The position numbers were made by a program, and so were the translations under genes. A DNA stretch of 64,000 nucleotides from Balanoglossus misakiensis (lineage: Eukaryota > Animalia > Hemichordata). The stretch covers positions 8,229,313 to 8,293,312 of the forward strand of contig CM082581.2 of assembly GCA_040954595.2 (NCBI GenBank). The letters run 5' to 3'. The notes under the pieces are model-generated. The model saw only the letters and a program-made list of their open reading frames with translations. It ran no database searches and was not told the DNA's origin. Below are positions 55,601-64,000 of this stretch, piece by piece (the first letter of the stretch is position 1; every line of letters starts with the position of its first letter).

Positions 55601-58600
55601 GACTTTGCGAAATATCAAAATTTCTTCATATTTTGACAAAAATCATGGGTTATAGCCCATGAAAATCATCCAAAAATGACAATTTTTCGACTTTGCGAAA
55701 TATCAAAATTTCTTCATATTTTGACAAAAATCATGGGTTATAGCCCATGAAAATCATCCAAAAATGACAATTTTTCGACTTTGCGAAATATCAAAATTTC
55801 TTCATATTTTGACAAAAATCATGGGTTATAGCCCATGAAAATCATCCAAAAATGACAATTTTTCGACTTTGCGAAATATCAAAATTTCTTCATATTTTGA
55901 CAAAAATCATGGGTTATAGCCCATGAAAATCATCCAAAAATGACAATTTTTCGACTTTGCGAAATATCAAAATTTCTTCATATTTTGACAAAAATCATGG
56001 GTTATAGCCCATGAAAATCATCCAAAAATGACAATTTTTCGACTTTGCGAAATATCAAAATTTCTTCATATTTTGACAAAAATCATGGGTTATAGCCCAT
56101 GAAAATCATCCAAAAATGACAATTTTTCGACTTTGCGAAATATCAAAATTTCTTCATATTTTGACAAAAATCATGGGTTATAGCCCATGAAAATCATCCA
56201 AAAATGACAATTTTTCGACTTTGCGAAATATCAAAATTTCTTCATATTTTGACAAAAATCATGGGTTATAGCCCATGAAAATCATCCAAAAATGACAATT
56301 TTTCGACTTTGCGAAATATCAAAATTTCTTCATATTTTGACAAAAATCATGGGTTATAGCCCATGAAAATCATCCAAAAATGACAATTTTTCGACTTTGC
56401 GAAATATCAAAATTTCTTCATATTTTGACAAAAATCATGGGTTATAGCCCATGAAAATCATCCAAAAATGACAATTTTTCGACTTTGCGAAATATCAAAA
56501 TTTCTTCATATTTTGACAAAAATCATGGGTTATAGCCCATGAAAATCATCCAAAAATGACAATTTTTCGACTTTGCGAAATATCAAAATTTCTTCATATT
56601 TTGACAAAAATCATGGGTTATAGCCCATGAAAATCATCCAAAAATGACAATTTTTCGACTTTGCGAAATATCAAAATTTCTTCATATTTTGACAAAAATC
56701 ATGGGTTATAGCCCATGAAAATCATCCAAAAATGACAATTTTTCGACTTTGCGAAATATCAAAATTTCTTCATATTTTGACAAAAATCATGGGTTATAGC
56801 CCATGAAAATCATCCAAAAATGACAATTTTTCGACTTTGCGAAATATCAAAATTTCTTCATATTTTGACAAAAATCATGGGTTATAGCCCATGAAAATCA
56901 TCCAAAAATGACAATTTTTCGACTTTGCGAAATATCAAAATTTCTTCATATTTTGACAAAAATCATGGGTTATAGCCCATGAAAATCATCCAAAAATGAC
57001 AATTTTTCGACTTTGCGAAATATCAAAATTTCTTCATATTTTGACAAAAATCATGGGTTATAGCCCATGAAAATCATCCAAAAATGACAATTTTTCGACT
57101 TTGCGAAATATCAAAATTTCTTCATATTTTGACAAAAATCATGGGTTATAGCCCATGAAAATCATCCAAAAATGACAATTTTTCGACTTTGCGAAATATC
57201 AAAATTTCTTCATATTTTGACAAAAATCATGGGTTATAGCCCATGAAAATCATCCAAAAATGACAATTTTTCGACTTTGCGAAATATCAAAATTTCTTCA
57301 TATTTTGACAAAAATCATGGGTTATAGCCCATGAAAATCATCCAAAAATGACAATTTTTCGACTTTGCGAAATATCAAAATTTCTTCATATTTTGACAAA
57401 AATCATGGGTTATAGCCCATGAAAATCATCCAAAAATGACAATTTTTCGACTTTGCGAAATATCAAAATTTCTTCATATTTTGACAAAAATCATGGGTTA
57501 TAGCCCATGAAAATCATCCAAAAATGACAATTTTTCGACTTTGCGAAATATCAAAATTTCTTCATATTTTGACAAAAATCATGGGTTATAGCCCATGAAA
57601 ATCATCCAAAAATGACAATTTTTCGACTTTGCGTAATATCAAAATTTCTTCATATTTTGACAAAATCATGGGTTATAGCCCATGAAAATCATCCAAAAAT
57701 GACAATTTTTCGACTTTGCGAAATATCAAAATTTCTTCATATTTTGACAAAAATCATGGGTTATAGCCCATGAAAATCATCCAAAAATGACAATTTTTCG
57801 ACTTTGCGAAATATCAAAATTTCTTCATATTTTGACAAAAATCATGGGTTATAGCCCATGAAAATCATCCAAAAATGACAATTTTTCGACTTTGCGAAAT
57901 ATCAAAATTTCTTCATATTTTGACAAAAATCATGGGTTATAGCCCATGAAAATCATCCAAAAATGACAATTTTTCGACTTTGCGAAATATCAAAATTTCT
58001 TCATATTTTGACAAAAATCATGGGTTATAGCCCATGAAAATCATCCAAAAATGACAATTTTTCGACTTTGCGAAATATCAAAATTTCTTCATATTTTGAC
58101 AAAAATCATGGGTTATAGCCCATGAAAATCATCCAAAAATGACAATTTTTCGACTTTGCGAAATATCAAAATTTCTTCATATTTTGACAAAAATCATGGG
58201 TTATAGCCCATGAAAATCATCCAAAAATGACAATTTTTCGACTTTGCGAAATATCAAAATTTCTTCATATTTTGACAAAAATCATGGGTTATAGCCCATG
58301 AAAATCATCCAAAAATGACAATTTTTCGACTTTGTGAAATATCAAAATTTCTTCATATTTTGACAAAAATCATGGGTTATAGCCCATGAAAATCATCCAA
58401 AAATGACAATTTTTCGACTTTGCGAAATATCAAAATTTCTTCATATTTTGACAAAAATCATGGGTTATAGCCCATGAAAATCATCCAAAAATGACAATTT
58501 TTCGACTTTGCGAAATATCAAAATTTCTTCATATTTTGACAAAAATCATGGGTTATAGCCCATGAAAATCATCCAAAAATGACAATTTTTCGACTTTGCG

Positions 58601-61600
58601 AAATATCAAAATTTCTTCATATTTTGACAAAAATCATGGGTTATAGCCCATGAAAATCATCCAAAAATGACAATTTTTCGACTTTGCGAAATATCAAAAT
58701 TTCTTCATATTTTGACAAAAATCATGGGTTATAGCCCATGAAAATCATCCAAAAATGACAATTTTTCGACTTTGCGAAATATCAAAATTTCTTCATATTT
58801 TGACAAAAATCATGGGTTATAGCCCATGAAAATCATCCAAAAATGACAATTTTTCGACTTTGCGAAATATCAAAATTTCTTCATATTTTGACAAAAATCA
58901 TGGGTTATAGCCCATGAAAATCATCCAAAAATGACAATTTTTCGACTTTGCGAAATATCAAAATTTCTTCATATTTTGACAAAAATCATGGGTTATAGCC
59001 CATGAAAATCATCCAAAAATGACAATTTTTCGACTTTGCGAAATATCAAAATTTCTTCATATTTTGACAAAAATCATGGGTTATAGCCCATGAAAATCAT
59101 CCAAAAATGACAATTTTTCGACTTTGCGAAATATCAAAATTTCTTCATATTTTGACAAAAATCATGGGTTATAGCCCATGAAAATCATCCAAAAATGACA
59201 ATTTTTCGACTTTGCGAAATATCAAAATTTCTTCATATTTTGACAAAAATCATGGGTTATAGCCCATGAAAATCATCCAAAAATGACAATTTTTCGACTT
59301 TGCGAAATATCAAAATTTCTTCATATTTTGACAAAAATCATGGGTTATAGCCCATGAAAATCATCCAAAAATGACAATTTTTCGACTTTGCGAAATATCA
59401 AAATTTCTTCATATTTTGACAAAAATCATGGGTTATAGCCCATGAAAATCATCCAAAAATGACAATTTTTCGACTTTGCGAAATATCAAAATTTCTTCAT
59501 ATTTTGACAAAAATCATGGGTTATAGCCCATGAAAATCATCCAAAAATGACAATTTTTCGACTTTGCGAAATATCAAAATTTCTTCATATTTTGACAAAA
59601 ATCATGGGTTATAGCCCATGAAAATCATCCAAAAATGACAATTTTTCGACTTTGCGAAATATCAAAATTTCTTCATATTTTGACAAAAATCATGGGTTAT
59701 AGCCCATGAAAATCATCCAAAAATGACAATTTTTCGACTTTGCGAAATATCAAAATTTCTTCATATTTTGACAAAAATCATGGGTTATAGCCCATGAAAA
59801 TCATCCAAAAATGACAATTTTTCGACTTTGCGAAATATCAAAATTTCTTCATATTTTGACAAAAATCATGGGTTATAGCCCATGAAAATCATCCAAAAAT
59901 GACAATTTTTCGACTTTGCGAAATATCAAAATTTCTTCATATTTTGACAAAAATCATGGGTTATAGCCCATGAAAATCATCCAAAAATGACAATTTTTCG
60001 ACTTTGCGAAATATCAAAATTTCTTCATATTTTGACAAAAATCATGGGTTATAGCCCATGAAAATCATCCAAAAATGACAATTTTTCGACTTTGCGAAAT
60101 ATCAAAATTTCTTCATATTTTGACAAAAATCATGGGTTATAGCCCATGAAAATCATCCAAAAATGACAATTTTTCGACTTTGCGAAATATCAAAATTTCT
60201 TCATATTTTGACAAAAATCATGGGTTATAGCCCATGAAAATCATCCAAAAATGACAATTTTTCGACTTTGCGAAATATCAAAATTTCTTCATATTTTGAC
60301 AAAAATCATGGGTTATAGCCCATGAAAATCATCCAAAAATGACAATTTTTCGACTTTGCGAAATATCAAAATTTCTTCATATTTTGACAAAAATCATGGG
60401 TTATAGCCCATGAAAATCATCCAAAAATGACAATTTTTCGACTTTGCGAAATATCAAAATTTCTTCATATTTTGACAAAAATCATGGGTTATAGCCCATG
60501 AAAATCATCCAAAAATGACAATTTTTCGACTTTGCGAAATATCAAAATTTCTTCATATTTTGACAAAAATCATGGGTTATAGCCCATGAAAATCATCCAA
60601 AAATGACAATTTTTTCGACTTTGCGAAATATCAAAATTTCTTCATATTTTGACAAAAATCATGGGTTATAGCCCATGAAAATCATCCAAAAATGACAATT
60701 TTTCGACTTTGCGAAATATCAAAATTTCTTCATATTTTGACAAAAATCATGGGTTATAGCCCATGAAAATCATCCCAAAAATGACAATTTTTCGACTTTG
60801 CGAAATATCAAAATTTCTTCATATTTTGACAAAAATCATGGGTTATAGCCCATGAAAATCATCCAAAAATGACAATTTTTCGACTTTGCGAAATATCAAA
60901 ATTTCTTCATATTTTGACAAAAATCATGGGTTATAGCCCATGAAAATCATCCAAAAATGACAATTTTTCGACTTTGCGAAATATCAAAATTTCTTCATAT
61001 TTTGACAAAAATCATGGGTTATAGCCCATGAAAATCATCCAAAAATGACAATTTTTCGACTTTGCGAAATATCAAAATTTCTTCATATTTTGACAAAAAT
61101 CATGGGTTATAGCCCATGAAAATCATCCAAAAATGACAATTTTTCGACTTTGCGAAATATCAAAATTTCTTCATATTTTGACAAAAATCATGGGTTATAG
61201 CCCATGAAAATCATCCAAAAATGACAATTTTTCGACTTTGCGAAATATCAAAATTTCTTCATATTTTGACAAAAATCATGGGTTATAGCCCATGAAAATC
61301 ATCCAAAAATGACAATTTTTCGACTTTGCGAAATATCAAAATTTCTTCATATTTTGACAAAAATCATGGGTTATAGCCCATGAAAATCATCCAAAAATGA
61401 CAATTTTTCGACTTTGCGAAATATCAAAATTTCTTCATATTTTGACAAAAATCATGGGTTATAGCCCATGAAAATCATCCAAAAATGACAATTTTTCGAC
61501 TTTGCGAAATATCAAAATTTCTTCATATTTTGACAAAAATCATGGGTTATAGCCCATGAAAATCATCCAAAAATGACAATTTTTCGACTTTGCGAAATAT

Positions 61601-64000
61601 CAAAATTTCTTCATATTTTGACAAAAATCATGGGTTATAGCCCATGAAAATCATCCAAAAATGACAATTTTTCGACTTTGCGAAATATCAAAATTTCTTC
61701 ATATTTTGACAAAAATCATGGGTTATAGCCCATGAAAATCATCCAAAAATGACAATTTTTCGACTTTGCGAAATATCAAAATTTCTTCATATTTTGACAA
61801 AAATCATGGGTTATAGCCCATGAAAATCATCCAAAAATGACAATTTTTCGACTTTGCGAAATATCAAAATTTCTTCATATTTTGACAAAAATCATGGGTT
61901 ATAGCCCATGAAAATCATCCAAAAATGACAATTTTTCGACTTTGCGAAATATCAAAATTTCTTCATATTTTGACAAAAATCATGGGTTATAGCCCATGAA
62001 AATCATCCAAAAATGACAATTTTTCGACTTTGCGAAATATCAAAATTTCTTCATATTTTGACAAAAATCATGGGTTATAGCCCATGAAAATCATCCAAAA
62101 ATGACAATTTTTCGACTTTGCGAAATATCAAAATTTCTTCATATTTTGACAAAAATCATGGGTTATAGCCCATGAAAATCATCCAAAAATGACAATTTTT
62201 CGACTTTGCGAAATATCAAAATTTCTTCATATTTTGACAAAAATCATGGGTTATAGCCCATGAAAATCATCCAAAAATGACAATTTTTCGACTTTGCGAA
62301 ATATCAAAATTTCTTCATATTTTGACAAAAATCATGGGTTATAGCCCATGAAAATCATCCAAAAATGACAATTTTTCGACTTTGCGAAATATCAAAATTT
62401 CTTCATATTTTGACAAAAATCATGGGTTATAGCCCATGAAAATCATCCAAAAATGACAATTTTTCGACTTTGCGAAATATCAAAATTTCTTCATATTTTG
62501 ACAAAAATCATGGGTTATAGCCCATGAAAATCATCCAAAAATGACAATTTTTCGACTTTGCGAAATATCAAAATTTCTTCATATTTTGACAAAAATCATG
62601 GGTTATAGCCCATGAAAATCATCCAAAAATGACAATTTTTCGACTTTGCGAAATATCAAAATTTCTTCATATTTTGACAAAAATCATGGGTTATAGCCCA
62701 TGAAAATCATCCAAAAATGACAATTTTTCGACTTTGCGAAATATCAAAATTTCTTCATATTTTGACAAAAATCATGGGTTATAGCCCATGAAAATCATCC
62801 AAAAATGACAATTTTTCGACTTTGCGAAATATCAAAATTTCTTCATATTTTGACAAAAATCATGGGTTATAGCCCATGAAAATCATCCAAAAATGACAAT
62901 TTTTCGACTTTGCGAAATATCAAAATTTCTTCATATTTTGACAAAAATCATGGGTTATAGCCCATGAAAATCATCCAAAAATGACAATTTTTCGACTTTG
63001 CGAAATATCAAAATTTCTTCATATTTTGACAAAAATCATGGGTTATAGCCCATGAAAATCATCCAAAAATGACAATTTTTCGACTTTGCGAAATATCAAA
63101 ATTTCTTCATATTTTGACAAAAATCATGGGTTATAGCCCATGAAAATCATCCAAAAATGACAATTTTTCGACTTTGCGAAATATCAAAATTTCTTCATAT
63201 TTTGACAAAAATCATGGGTTATAGCCCATGAAAATCATCCAAAAATGACAATTTTTCGACTTTGCGAAATATCAAAATTTCTTCATATTTTGACAAAAAT
63301 CATGGGTTATAGCCCATGAAAATCATCCAAAAATGACAATTTTTCGACTTTGCGAAATATCAAAATTTCTTCATATTTTGACAAAAATCATGGGTTATAG
63401 CCCATGAAAATCATCCAAAAATGACAATTTTTCGACTTTGCGAAATATCAAAATTTCTTCATATTTTGACAAAAATCATGGGTTATAGCCCATGAAAATC
63501 ATCCAAAAATGACAATTTTTCGACTTTGCGAAATATCAAAATTTCTTCATATTTTGACAAAAATCATGGGTTATAGCCCATGAAAATCATCCAAAAATGA
63601 CAATTTTTCGACTTTGCGAAATATCAAAATTTCTTCATATTTTGACAAAATCATGGGTTATAGCCCATGAAAATCATCCAAAAATGACAATTTTTCGACT
63701 TTGCGAAATATCAAAATTTCTTCATATTTTGACAAAAATCATGGGTTATAGCCCATGAAAATCATCCAAAAATGACAATTTTTCGACTTTGCGAAATATC
63801 AAAATTTCTTCATATTTTGCTCTCACAAATGTAATCATGGGTTATAGCCCATGAAAATCATCCAAAAATGACAATTTTCGACTTTGCGAAATATCAAAAT
63901 TTCTTCATATTTTGACAAAAATCATGGGTTATAGCCCATGAAAATCATCCAAAAATGACAATTTTCGACTTTGCGAAATATCAAAATTTCTTCATATTTT
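46643..64000. repeat. 88-bp satellite DNA array, ~197 head-to-tail copies, running off the window end
   Basis: Consensus CTTCATATTTTGACAAAAATCATGGGTTATAGCCCATGAAAATCATCCAAAAATGACAATTTTTCGACTTTGCGAAATATCAAAATTT (88 bp, 25 G+C, ~28% GC). Copies start at 46643, 46731, 46819 and so on; most copies are identical. Confidence 0.99.

Noticed and set aside
46643-64000. CRISPR array (regular repeats with a palindrome)
   Set aside because: There are no unique spacers, the whole 88 bp repeats, no cas genes are present, and the context is an intron-containing animal gene.
46643-64000. Repetitive protein encoded by the satellite
   Set aside because: 88 is not a multiple of 3, the monomer has stop codons, and the ORF track shows none in the array.

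Overview
Eukaryotic (animal) genomic DNA with no obvious CpG depletion and many ACAY/AG microsatellites. This fits an invertebrate, plausibly a non-vertebrate deuterostome, but the taxon is an inference. The window has three parts. (1) One clear gene: a two-exon Hmx/NK5 homeobox gene on the + strand (CDS 4868-5147 + 5748-6406, 312 aa, with eh1, WYPW, homeodomain and the Hmx C-terminal motifs), a CCAAT-rich promoter and a ~1.2 kb 3' UTR. (2) About 39 kb of downstream DNA with no recognisable gene, containing microsatellites and clusters of candidate transcription-factor sites. (3) From 46643 to the window end, a ~17.4 kb, ~197-copy, highly homogeneous 88-bp AT-rich satellite. It starts abruptly at the end of a (CATA)n(CA)n microsatellite, is built from several dyad symmetries including the 20-bp palindrome TCATGGGTTATAGCCCATGA, and has its shared variants confined to the first ~51 copies. 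The satellite is the most interesting object here: its monomer resembles, from memory and unverified, tandem repeats of distantly related marine animals. Nearly all other ORFs in the track appear spurious.
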